From contig CALZLQ010000001.1 in the NCBI GenBank assembly GCA_945788385.1, forward strand, positions 1-34,551: DNA of 34,551 bases, in the 5' to 3' direction. The notes beneath the pieces were generated by a model. That model did no database searches and was not told where the DNA came from. It was given only the letters and a program-made list of their open reading frames with translations. A program made the position numbers and the translations under genes. Below are positions 17,101-25,382 of this stretch, piece after piece. This DNA comes from an uncultured Prevotellaceae bacterium. GTDB taxonomy: Bacteria > Bacteroidota > Bacteroidia > Bacteroidales > Bacteroidaceae. Each line of letters begins with the position of its first letter. Positions within the stretch are counted from its first letter, which is position 1.

Positions 17101-18201
17101 ATGTCTCTCGAATTTCTACAACAATATTGGTGGTTCCTCTTAAGCGTACTCGGAGCCTTTTTAGTTTTCTTGATGTTCGTCCAGGGCGGACAGTCCATGC
17201 TTATCCACAAAATGAACGACAACTACCGCGAACGGATCATATCAACAATTGCACACCGCTGGGAGCTCACCTTCACCACATTGGTGACATTTGGCGGAGC
17301 TTTCTTCGCAAGCTTTCCACTCTTCTACTCCACTAGTTTCGGTGGTGCATATTGGGTATGGATGCTCATTCTCTTTGGTTTCATACTTCAGGCTGTAAGC
17401 TACAAATACCGTCTCAGTGACGGCAATATCTTCGGTCGTCGTGTCTACGACTCATTCCTCGTAATCAACGGTATCATGGCTCCTACGCTCATAGGAGGAG
17501 CTGTAGGCACTTTCTTCTTCGGCAGCGAGTTCACCATAGATATGGACAGACTCACCGCCGATCCACTCACCATGGGCAACGTCATATCCAATTGGGGAGA
17601 GTGGCACGGACTTGAAGTCCTGACAGACTGGAGAGTAGTAGCATTCGGACTTACCGTGTTCGTGCTCACCAGACTCCAAGCCCAGATGTGGTTCATCAAC
17701 CAGACAGATGATGACAGAATCGCATCGTGGTCACGCAAACACCTAATCATCGAGACTCCTATATTCATCATACTCCTCGCAGTTACACTCACCGCCCTGT
17801 TTACGACCACTGGCTACGAGAGCATATCGCAACACGAATTCTGCACAGTAGAATACAAATATCTCAAAAATCTGATAGAAATGCCCGCCGCTGCTGCGTC
17901 GTTCCTTATCGGAGCCCTACTGCTTGTCGGCGGAATCTTATTGACCATTATAAGAGAGAGATATCGTAGAGGCATCTGGCTCACAGGCACAGGTACCATA
18001 CTCGTAGTGCTCGCTCTATTTTGGATAGCTGGCTACAACAACACTCCTTATTACCCCTCAACACTTGATGCTGCCTCATCTCTCACGATTTACAATTCGT
18101 CAAGCACACAATACACTCTCCGTACGATGTCGTACGTATCACTCGCCATTCCATTCGTACTCGCATACATAGTCTGGGTTTGGCGCAAACTCGTCAAATA
18201 A
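17101..18201 (+). CDS. cydB: Cytochrome bd ubiquinol oxidase subunit II
   Basis: 366-aa polytopic membrane protein. N-terminus LQQYWWFLLSVLGAFLVFLMFVQGGQS is typical of CydB. It follows cydA after 70 nt. Confidence 0.93.
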   Translation: MSLEFLQQYWWFLLSVLGAFLVFLMFVQGGQSMLIHKMNDNYRERIISTIAHRWELTFTTLVTFGGAFFASFPLFYSTSFGGAYWVWMLILFGFILQAVSYKYRLSDGNIFGRRVYDSFLVINGIMAPTLIGGAVGTFFFGSEFTIDMDRLTADPLTMGNVISNWGEWHGLEVLTDWRVVAFGLTVFVLTRLQAQMWFINQTDDDRIASWSRKHLIIETPIFIILLAVTLTALFTTTGYESISQHEFCTVEYKYLKNLIEMPAAAASFLIGALLLVGGILLTIIRERYRRGIWLTGTGTILVVLALFWIAGYNNTPYYPSTLDAASSLTIYNSSSTQYTLRTMSYVSLAIPFVLAYIVWVWRKLVK

Positions 18202-18213
18202 GGGGAAGGAAAG

Positions 18214-18286
18214 CACGGGAAGAGAGGCTCGAACTCCCGACACCTGGTTTTGGAGACCAGTGCTCTACCGACTGAGCTATTCCCGT
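18214..18286 (-). tRNA. tRNA-Trp: tRNA-Trp (anticodon CCA), no encoded 3' CCA
   Basis: The reverse complement folds as a cloverleaf: acceptor ACGGGAA/TTCCCGT, D arm GCTC-AGTCGGTA-GAGC, anticodon arm CTGGT-CTCCAAA-ACCAG, T arm GGGAG-TTCGAGC-CTCTC, discriminator G. 73 nt. Confidence 0.93.
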
Positions 18287-18328
18287 GTAAAAATATCACG
18301 ACAGCACTAATCTGCTGTCAAGCGAGGA

Positions 18329-18336
18329 CAAAGGTA
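18329..18336 (-). promoter_or_regulatory. -7 promoter box TACCTTTG upstream of tRNA-Trp
   Basis: Exact TAnnTTTG match on the minus strand, 43 nt upstream of the mature tRNA 5' end. The implied leader contains the small hairpin ACAGCA-CTAATC-TGCTGT (18301-18318). Confidence 0.45.
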
Positions 18337-18386
18337 CGAAAAAAATCCCATACCAACAACATTTTTGCCGAAAAACATACACAAAA

Positions 18387-19241
18387 ATGACACGAAAAAC
18401 TGTTTTAGCCATACTCTTGGTCTGTATATCAGGTATACAGTCCACACAGGCGCAGACTATCAATGCAGACAATATCACAAGCATCAGTCCTGAAGAGAAA
18501 GCCACAGCCGTAGAGGTCAGACTCACTGGCACACTGAGCAATGGCAGCAATGGAGACTTCCGCCAACTACGCGACCTCTGCCACAACATGACCACCCTCG
18601 ACCTCAGTCAGGCTCGCTGTACTGACATACCCAAAAACGCATTCCACTCTCGACACCAACTGCATACCCTCATCCTGCCTCTGACCCTCCGCACCATAGG
18701 CAGCCAAGCGTTATTCGCGTGTGACCATATAAAAGAAATAAGCCTACCTAATCATTTGGAAGACATCGGTGCATCAGCTTTCTCGATGTGCAGGAACATC
18801 AGGCATCTCAACATCCCCACACAAAGCAGATTGGCTCACATCGGGAGTTATGCATTCAAGGGATGCCAGAATCTCCGGGGCACCATCACCCTACCCCACA
18901 CCTTGTACTCCATCGACGATGGTGCATTCGAAGGGTGCAGACGTCTGAAAAGGATAGTCCTCCCACACTCCCTACGCACTATCAGCACCAACACTTTCAG
19001 CAAATGCACAAGCTTGAGTCGCGTAGACATCGGCTCGAATACAGACAGCATCGGCCCTTGTGCGTTCAGCCACTGCACCAAACTACGCCACATTACCGTT
19101 GCCAACTCTGTCCCTCCCACCATCGACCAGAGTGCATTTGCAGGTACAGACCCCAGCAAGATTACACTCCAAGTACCTCCATCCAGCATCGAAGCATACC
19201 GTAAATCTCCTATATGGAAAGAACTCAAGATACGACAATGA
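18387..19241 (+). CDS. Secreted leucine-rich repeat protein (BspA-type / LRR_5-like repeats)
   Basis: 284 aa. Signal peptide MTRKTVLAILLVCISGIQSTQAQ. Then about 8 repeats of roughly 23-25 aa with the pattern I-x-(L/I)-P-x-x-(L/V)-x-x-I-G-x-x-A-F-x-x-C-x-x-L. Confidence 0.85.
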   Translation: MTRKTVLAILLVCISGIQSTQAQTINADNITSISPEEKATAVEVRLTGTLSNGSNGDFRQLRDLCHNMTTLDLSQARCTDIPKNAFHSRHQLHTLILPLTLRTIGSQALFACDHIKEISLPNHLEDIGASAFSMCRNIRHLNIPTQSRLAHIGSYAFKGCQNLRGTITLPHTLYSIDDGAFEGCRRLKRIVLPHSLRTISTNTFSKCTSLSRVDIGSNTDSIGPCAFSHCTKLRHITVANSVPPTIDQSAFAGTDPSKITLQVPPSSIEAYRKSPIWKELKIRQ

Positions 19242-20833
19242 AAAAGACCTTGGCCTATATTGCAATTATAATCTGTGCTCTACAGCAAAGCGTGGCACAG
19301 AATCTCGTACCCGTACCTCTCCACGTCACCAAGCCCGACACCACCATGCTTTTGGTCTGGAAAAATATCGGTACAATCACTTGTCCACACACGCTTGCCA
19401 ACGAGAGAGAGCACCTCACACGCATACTGTGCGAACGTGCCGACATCACCAGACTCAACCCCAATGGCACTGCTTGCATTACCCTCGGCATCGACACTAC
19501 TCTCACTGATGACGAGGCCTACACTTTACACATTGACCCCAACGGAGTAAAAATCTCTGGTAAGACTCCTGCTGGCGTGTTCTACGGTCTGATGACTATG
19601 GAACAGCTTATGATTGACAACCACGCATCTGCCGTATGTCTCACTACCCCTTCTGTCGACATTATTGATGCCCCACGCACCCACATCAGGGAGCTTATGG
19701 TGGATCCTTGCCGCATATTCCTGCCCTACGAGCGTCTCAAGGAGATAGTGCCTGAGATGGCACGCTACAAGATGAACAGCATTCACCTGCACCTTGTCGA
19801 TGACCAGGCTTGGCGCATCGAAATCAAATCCTATCCACGTCTTATCAGCGAATCCAGCACACGCACGGGCATGGACGACATGCAGATGCCTATCTCTGGC
19901 TATTACACTCAGGAGCAAATGAAAGACTTTGTACAGTACTGTGCCAAATATCACGTCATGGTCATACCTGAGATTGAGATGCCGGGCCATGAGGTAGCTG
20001 CAATCCACGCCTATCCCCAACTCACTTGTCACTCCCGCCAAGTCCCCATCAGAACCATTTGCGGGGTATCTAATGAACTTCTCTGTCCCGGAAACGAATT
20101 TACCTACACCTTCCTCGGCAATGTCTTTCGAGAGTTGGCAGACATATTTCCCTGCAAGTACATACATCTGGGAGGAGACGAAGCAGGCAACCCTGCTCTC
20201 GACTGCTGGACCAGTTGCGAGAAAGACCAACAGCTCAAACGCCGTTTAGGCATCACTACGGAAGACCGCTCCGAAAACTGGAGATTGCAGAAATATATGT
20301 TTGACCGCATGATTGACACTCTACGCACCAAATACGACAAGGTCCCCATGTTTTGGTACGAGACTGATTTCAAGGAAATACAGGAAGGTTGCGTCACTTT
20401 CGCATGGCGTCACGGCCTGACACAGGTAGCCATAGACGCAGCAATGCGAAACAACGCAAAAATTATACTATGCCCTGGAGAATACTGCTATTTGGACTAT
20501 CCCATGGCCGTAGGGGATATGCCCGAGACGAACTGGGGCATGCCTGTCGTCCCACTCGAAAAAGTCTACGAATTTGACCCTGGATGGAACATGGAAAAAG
20601 AATTTGAGCAAAAAAATCTCTTAGGCATAGCTGGAACCCTATGGAGCGAATGTATCAATTCGCCCGAAAGGCTCTTCTACCAAGCATTCCCACGCGCCAT
20701 GATACTTGCAGAAGCGGGCTGGAGCAGCAAGAATAACCGCTCATGGCCGAACTTCAAACGACGCGCACGCCCCCTAATGCTTGATATGCAACGCCGCGGT
20801 ATCACATTCTCTATGGAGTGTGGTTATAAATAA
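19238..20833 (+). CDS. Beta-N-acetylhexosaminidase, glycoside hydrolase family 20 (secreted)
   Basis: 531 aa from the ATG at 19238 (MKKTLAYIAIIICALQQSVAQ signal peptide). The start overlaps the LRR stop as ATGA. GH20 catalytic-domain motifs are present: HLHLVDDQAWR, PEIEMPGHE, IHLGGDE (catalytic D-E pair). Confidence 0.9.
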   Translation: MKKTLAYIAIIICALQQSVAQNLVPVPLHVTKPDTTMLLVWKNIGTITCPHTLANEREHLTRILCERADITRLNPNGTACITLGIDTTLTDDEAYTLHIDPNGVKISGKTPAGVFYGLMTMEQLMIDNHASAVCLTTPSVDIIDAPRTHIRELMVDPCRIFLPYERLKEIVPEMARYKMNSIHLHLVDDQAWRIEIKSYPRLISESSTRTGMDDMQMPISGYYTQEQMKDFVQYCAKYHVMVIPEIEMPGHEVAAIHAYPQLTCHSRQVPIRTICGVSNELLCPGNEFTYTFLGNVFRELADIFPCKYIHLGGDEAGNPALDCWTSCEKDQQLKRRLGITTEDRSENWRLQKYMFDRMIDTLRTKYDKVPMFWYETDFKEIQEGCVTFAWRHGLTQVAIDAAMRNNAKIILCPGEYCYLDYPMAVGDMPETNWGMPVVPLEKVYEFDPGWNMEKEFEQKNLLGIAGTLWSECINSPERLFYQAFPRAMILAEAGWSSKNNRSWPNFKRRARPLMLDMQRRGITFSMECGYK

Positions 20834-20868
20834 ACTATTGGTCGACTTACTTTATTAGGTATATATCA

Positions 20869-20908
20869 CACGAAACAAGTCTCCCTTGGTGTGGAGACTT
20901 GTTTCGTG
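20869..20908. terminator. Perfect 16-bp hairpin serving convergent GH20 and tRNA-Arg transcripts
   Basis: CACGAAACAAGTCTCC (20869-20884), loop CTTGGTGT, GGAGACTTGTTTCGTG (20893-20908). It lies 35 nt after the GH20 stop. Its last 2 nt coincide with the 3' end of tRNA-Arg on the other strand. Confidence 0.7.
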
Positions 20909-20981
20909 ATTCGGATGGGGCTCGAACCCATGACCCGCAGCTTAGAAGGCTGCTGCTCTAATCCAACTGAGCTACCGAACC
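20907..20981 (-). tRNA. tRNA-Arg: tRNA-Arg (anticodon UCU), no encoded 3' CCA
   Basis: The reverse complement folds as a cloverleaf: acceptor GGTTCGG/CCGAATC (one G-U), D arm GCTC-AGTTGGATTA-GAGC, anticodon arm GCAGC-CTTCTAA-GCTGC, variable GGGTC, T arm ATGGG-TTCGAGC-CCCAT, discriminator A. 75 nt. Confidence 0.93.
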
Positions 20982-20997
20982 AGCCTTAAATCGAGCG

Positions 20998-21029
20998 CAA
21001 AGGTAATGCTTTTATATGAAAGGACCAAA
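20998..21029 (-). promoter_or_regulatory. Promoter of tRNA-Arg: -33 TTTG and -7 TACCTTTG
   Basis: Minus strand carries TTTG (21029-21026), a 20-nt spacer, then TACCTTTG (21005-20998). The -7 box ends 17 nt before the mature tRNA 5' end. Confidence 0.65.
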
Positions 21030-21148
21030 TTTTCAAGCAAGATTTTTATCTCTGTAATGCAAACTTATGCGTCTAAAGGGTATTTCGGTATGATTTTTGC
21101 AGGAGTGTGAAAAGAAAATGGTACTTTTATAGTCCACAACATATACAA

Positions 21149-23446
21149 ATGACTATACGATACAGATATTCAGACGATTTGCAGCAACTGCTTGCCTTTG
21201 CCAGGGATGAGGCTGAGAACCGCAATCATGACATTGTGTCACCTATGCACTTGCTGATGGGAATGTTGCGCCAAAATGTCAGTACTGCCCTGCAGATGCT
21301 CGAGAGATCGGGATGCAGGACTTTGGAGGCTCTAAGGAAAGTTGCAGAACTGCTGGACGGCAGAGTCGTGCCTAGTGCTACACAGACGCGGAGGGAAGTG
21401 ATAGACTCTGACTCTACACGACTGTTGCGTCTGGCTGTACTTGAGGCTAAGGCTGAGTTGACCTCCGAGGTGGAGACTCACCACTTGCTCACGGCCATGC
21501 TCAAAGCTGCCGATGGCGTAAGGGACTTGCTCGAATCCTGCGGTGCCAGATTCGAACTGAGTAGAGGTTATATTACGGCTGAGTCTGACACGCAACATGG
21601 TGAAGTATCTGACGATGAAATGGAAGGCTGTCTGGACGATGTGGACGGGAGCAAATCTGAAACCGCAGCTGGGAATCGGAACCCGGAAGATACGAAGAGC
21701 AAGACTCCTACGCTTGACGCCTTCTGTATAGACCTGACTCAGAGAGCGAGGGACAACATGCTCGACCCTGTCGTCGGCAGAGAGGAGGAGATGGAACGTA
21801 TGGTATTGATATTGAGCAGGCGACGCAAGAATAACCCTATCCTCATCGGTCAGCCTGGGGTGGGCAAAAGTGCTATAGTGGAGGGACTCGCCCAACGCAT
21901 TGTCGAGCATAAATGCAGCGAAGTTCTATGGGACAAGCGCATACTCAGCCTTGATATGGCTTCTGTAGTGGCGGGGACCAAATACCGTGGACAGTTTGAA
22001 GAAAGGCTGAAAAACATCGTAGCAGAACTTGAGGAAAACCGAGAGATTATCATCTTCATCGATGAGATTCATACCATAATTGGGGCTGGAGGACAGGCTG
22101 GCGCACTTGATGCGGCAAATATGCTGAAACCGGCTTTGAGTCGTGGTGGAATACAATGCATAGGAGCTACGACTATCGACGAGTTTCGCAAGAGTATCGA
22201 AAAGGACGGTGCGCTCGACAGGAGATTTCACAAGATTTTGGTCAATGAGCCTACACCATCAGAAACTCTGCGTATACTTAAGCACCTCAAGGCTACCTAT
22301 GAACGTTATCATGGGGTTACATATACGGACGATGCTCTTGAAGCATGTGTGAAGCTAACGCAGCGCTACATCGGCTCACGTTCGTTCCCAGACAAGGCTG
22401 TGGATGCCATGGACGAGGCTGGTGCCAAAGTGATGAACAATACGTCAGATAGCGCAAGGTATGTCACTCCCGAAGTGGTGACACAGGTCGTCAGCACGAT
22501 GACGGGTATACCACTGAGCCGTCTCACTACTCAGGAGAGTGTCTCTCTTCGCAAACTTGATGATAGACTGAGACAGACGGTCATAGGTCAGGACGAGGCA
22601 GTGACGAAGGTGGCGCGTGCCATACAGCGTAGCAGGATAGGTCTTAAAGACCCTAATCGTCCGATTGCGACGTTCCTTTTTGTCGGCCCCACAGGTGTTG
22701 GCAAAACCTATCTGACCAAATCACTTGCAGCCACGCTCTTTGGCAGTGAGGATAACCTCATACGTATAGACATGAGTGAGTATGGCGAAAAACATACTGT
22801 CAGCCGTATGGTGGGAGCTCCTCCAGGGTACGTGGGTTATGACGAGGGAGGGCAACTCACTGAGCGTGTGAGACGACATCCATATAGTGTAATCCTGCTG
22901 GATGAAATAGAGAAGGCTCACCCTGATATATACAACACTCTTTTGCAGGTCATGGACGAGGGACGCCTTACTGACGGCAACGGAGTCACGGTGGATTTCC
23001 GCAACACGGTGATTATCATGACGAGCAACTGCGGCACACGTCAGGCTATCGAGACAACGGCTGTAGGATATGCGGACTTGTCGGATGCAACTACGGAGCA
23101 GCGGAATGATGCTCATGTGAGGACTACTATCGAGAAGGCCATCAGGAAGCAGTTCCAGCCTGAGTTCCTCAACCGCCTGGATGATATCATCTATTTCGGA
23201 CAATTGAACCGCAATGACATCAGCAGGATTGCTGACATTGAGCTCAAACCTCTTGCGGAGCGTGTCAAGGCTCTCGGTTATTCGCTGAGACTGACATCTA
23301 AGACGATGAACAGTATCATCTGCAAGGGGTATGACCGCAGATATGGGGCACGTCCTCTGCGCAGAGCCATACAGTCGCTTGTAGAAGACCCTCTGCTCGA
23401 GACTATCCTTGACGGTCGTGCTGACGACAAAGATATTACGATATGA
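21149..23446 (+). CDS. Clp/Hsp100-family AAA+ ATPase with two nucleotide-binding domains and a Clp_N domain, but no middle domain (ClpA-like architecture)
   Basis: 765 aa from the ATG at 21149; the listed start at 21107 is a GTG adding 14 atypical residues. Double Clp_N repeat, then an acidic linker. D1 has Walker A GQPGVGKS and Walker B IIFIDEIH. D2 has Walker A GPTGVGKT and Walker B VILLDEIEKAH. Only about 23 aa separate the D1 small domain (DEAGAKV) from the D2 lead-in (TGIPLSRL). Confidence 0.88.
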   Translation: MTIRYRYSDDLQQLLAFARDEAENRNHDIVSPMHLLMGMLRQNVSTALQMLERSGCRTLEALRKVAELLDGRVVPSATQTRREVIDSDSTRLLRLAVLEAKAELTSEVETHHLLTAMLKAADGVRDLLESCGARFELSRGYITAESDTQHGEVSDDEMEGCLDDVDGSKSETAAGNRNPEDTKSKTPTLDAFCIDLTQRARDNMLDPVVGREEEMERMVLILSRRRKNNPILIGQPGVGKSAIVEGLAQRIVEHKCSEVLWDKRILSLDMASVVAGTKYRGQFEERLKNIVAELEENREIIIFIDEIHTIIGAGGQAGALDAANMLKPALSRGGIQCIGATTIDEFRKSIEKDGALDRRFHKILVNEPTPSETLRILKHLKATYERYHGVTYTDDALEACVKLTQRYIGSRSFPDKAVDAMDEAGAKVMNNTSDSARYVTPEVVTQVVSTMTGIPLSRLTTQESVSLRKLDDRLRQTVIGQDEAVTKVARAIQRSRIGLKDPNRPIATFLFVGPTGVGKTYLTKSLAATLFGSEDNLIRIDMSEYGEKHTVSRMVGAPPGYVGYDEGGQLTERVRRHPYSVILLDEIEKAHPDIYNTLLQVMDEGRLTDGNGVTVDFRNTVIIMTSNCGTRQAIETTAVGYADLSDATTEQRNDAHVRTTIEKAIRKQFQPEFLNRLDDIIYFGQLNRNDISRIADIELKPLAERVKALGYSLRLTSKTMNSIICKGYDRRYGARPLRRAIQSLVEDPLLETILDGRADDKDITI

Positions 23447-23505
23447 TTTGTGTTGTTTACATAACCAAACAACTAAAACAATTAAATGATTAAAACAACA
23501 AAGAT

Positions 23506-25359
23506 ATGAAACAAGGAAACATTGGGGTAACGACTGAAAACATTTTCCCCGTTATCAAAAAATTTCTCTACAGTGACCACGAAATTTTCTTGCGTGAGAT
23601 TGTGAGCAATGCCGTTGATGCCACTCAGAAGTTAAAGACTCTGGCTGGCAAGGGTGAGTTCCAGGGCGAAATGGGCGAGCTCAAAGTTAGCGTAAGTTTC
23701 GACAAGGAAGCCAAGACCATCACGGTCAGCGACCACGGTATCGGTATGACGGCTGACGAGATTGAAAAGTATATCAATCAGATTGCTTTCAGCGGTGCCA
23801 ACGACTTTCTCGACAAATACAAAGACGATGCCACACAGATTATCGGTCACTTCGGCCTTGGATTCTATTCAAGCTTCATGGTAAGCGACCGTGTTGACAT
23901 CATTACCAAGTCATACAAAGATGAGCCTGCCGTAAAATGGTCCTGCGACGGAAGCCCTGCCTTCACTCTTGAAGAGGTGGACAAGGCTGACCGCGGCACC
24001 GACATAGTCATGCATATCAGCGAGGACTGTGAGGAGTTCCTTGACAAGTGGAAGCTCGAGGGGCTTCTCAAAAAGTACTGCCACTTCCTGGCCGTACCAG
24101 TAGCCTTTGGCAAGAAGACGAAATGGGACGAGGAACAGAAGAAGAGTGTGGAGACAGATGAGGATGAAATCATCAACAGCGTAGAGCCACTATGGACTAA
24201 GAAGCCAAGCGACCTCAAGGATGAGGACTACAAGAACTTCTACCGTCATCTGTATCCTATGGCTGACGAGCCTCTGTTCTGGATACACTTGAATGTCGAC
24301 TATCCGTTCAACCTCACTGGAATACTCTACTTCCCGAAGATCAAGAACCAGTTGGACATACAGCGCAACAAGATACAGTTGTACTGCAATCAGGTCTATG
24401 TCACAGATCAAGTCGAGGGTATCGTACCCGAGTTCCTCACTCTGCTTCATGGAGTCATTGACTCTCCGGATATTCCGCTCAACGTGAGCCGCAGTTATCT
24501 GCAGAGTGACAGCAATGTCAAAAAGATAAGCCAATACATTACTAAAAAGGTAGCAGATAGGCTCAACGGAATCTTTAAGAACGAGCGCAAAGAGTTTGAG
24601 GAGAAGTGGGATGACATATCTATCTTCATTCACTATGGCATGCTCTCTGATGAACAGTTCTATGACAAGGCAAAACAGTTCTTCCTCTTCAAGGATACAG
24701 ACGGAAAGTATTTCACACTCGACGAATATCATACGCTCGTAGAAAGTGCACAGAAGAACAAAGACGACCAGTTAGTCTATCTCTATGCACAGGATCCTGA
24801 GTCGCAATATACGTATATTGAGGCTGCCAAAAACAAAGGATACAGTGTCCTGCTCATGCAGGGACAGCTTGACACTCCGCTCATCAACATGCTTGAGCAG
24901 AAACTCGAGAAGACAACGTTCAGCCGTGTGGATGCAGATGTAGTGGAGCGCCTCATCGTCAAGGACAACACTACAGGCAATGAACTGGGCAAGGAAGATA
25001 GCGAGAAGTTGCAGAATGCTTTCAAGGAGCAACTGCCTGAGATTGACAAGACGGAGTTTCAGGTGCAGACCGCGGCTCTCGGCACAGAGCAGCTGCCTGT
25101 CATCATCACTCAGGGCGAATATATGCGACGCATGAAAGAGATGGCCCGCATGAACCCAGGAATGGCGTTCTACGGCGAGATGCCCGACAGCTACAATCTC
25201 GTGCTTAATACTGACAATGAAATTGTAAAGGCTTGTCTGCAAGAGACTGACACAGACAAGATAAAACAACTCATTGATATCGCTTTGCTGCAGAACGGCA
25301 TGCTCAAAGGCGAGGCTCTAACCAAATTCGTCAAGCGCAGCGTATCGATGATTAAGTAA
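23506..25359 (+). CDS. htpG: Molecular chaperone HtpG (Hsp90)
   Basis: 617 aa. N-terminal GHKL ATPase motifs (EIFLREIVSNAVDA, DHGIGMT, GHFGLGFYS). Hsp90 middle and C-terminal regions follow. Confidence 0.95.
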   Translation: MKQGNIGVTTENIFPVIKKFLYSDHEIFLREIVSNAVDATQKLKTLAGKGEFQGEMGELKVSVSFDKEAKTITVSDHGIGMTADEIEKYINQIAFSGANDFLDKYKDDATQIIGHFGLGFYSSFMVSDRVDIITKSYKDEPAVKWSCDGSPAFTLEEVDKADRGTDIVMHISEDCEEFLDKWKLEGLLKKYCHFLAVPVAFGKKTKWDEEQKKSVETDEDEIINSVEPLWTKKPSDLKDEDYKNFYRHLYPMADEPLFWIHLNVDYPFNLTGILYFPKIKNQLDIQRNKIQLYCNQVYVTDQVEGIVPEFLTLLHGVIDSPDIPLNVSRSYLQSDSNVKKISQYITKKVADRLNGIFKNERKEFEEKWDDISIFIHYGMLSDEQFYDKAKQFFLFKDTDGKYFTLDEYHTLVESAQKNKDDQLVYLYAQDPESQYTYIEAAKNKGYSVLLMQGQLDTPLINMLEQKLEKTTFSRVDADVVERLIVKDNTTGNELGKEDSEKLQNAFKEQLPEIDKTEFQVQTAALGTEQLPVIITQGEYMRRMKEMARMNPGMAFYGEMPDSYNLVLNTDNEIVKACLQETDTDKIKQLIDIALLQNGMLKGEALTKFVKRSVSMIK

Positions 25360-25382
25360 CATCTCTCTAACATATTGATACA

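Noticed and set aside
18214-20981. The tRNA-flanked LRR-GH20 segment as an integrated genomic island.
   Set aside because: There is no integrase, transposase or phage gene. I found no direct repeat of a tRNA 3' segment that would mark attL/attR; the only shared string is the universal T-loop GGTTCGA context. Codon style by eye matches neighbouring genes such as cydA. It is retained only as a gene-pair observation.
4949-21148. N-terminal extensions in the ORF track: starts at 5008, 5515, 6439 (TTG), 12120, 14623, 15120, 19214 and 21107 (GTG).
   Set aside because: In each case a downstream ATG begins a typical signal peptide or conserved family N-terminus. It also follows an A-rich leader or a promoter box, and it avoids overlap with the neighbouring gene. 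I used the shorter coordinates.
23452-23473. 7-bp hairpin GTTGTTT-ACATAACC-AAACAAC after the clp gene, as a possible terminator.
   Set aside because: The stem is short and AT-rich with low predicted stability. It cannot be distinguished from chance in this A/T-rich spacer, so clp and htpG may be co-transcribed.
23486-23509. Seven-codon upstream ORF (ATG ATT AAA ACA ACA AAG ATA TGA) whose stop overlaps the htpG start codon (ATATGA).
   Set aside because: It is very short, lies in an A-rich leader where such ORFs arise by chance, and has no visible start context. It would be worth revisiting only if ribosome profiling shows occupancy.
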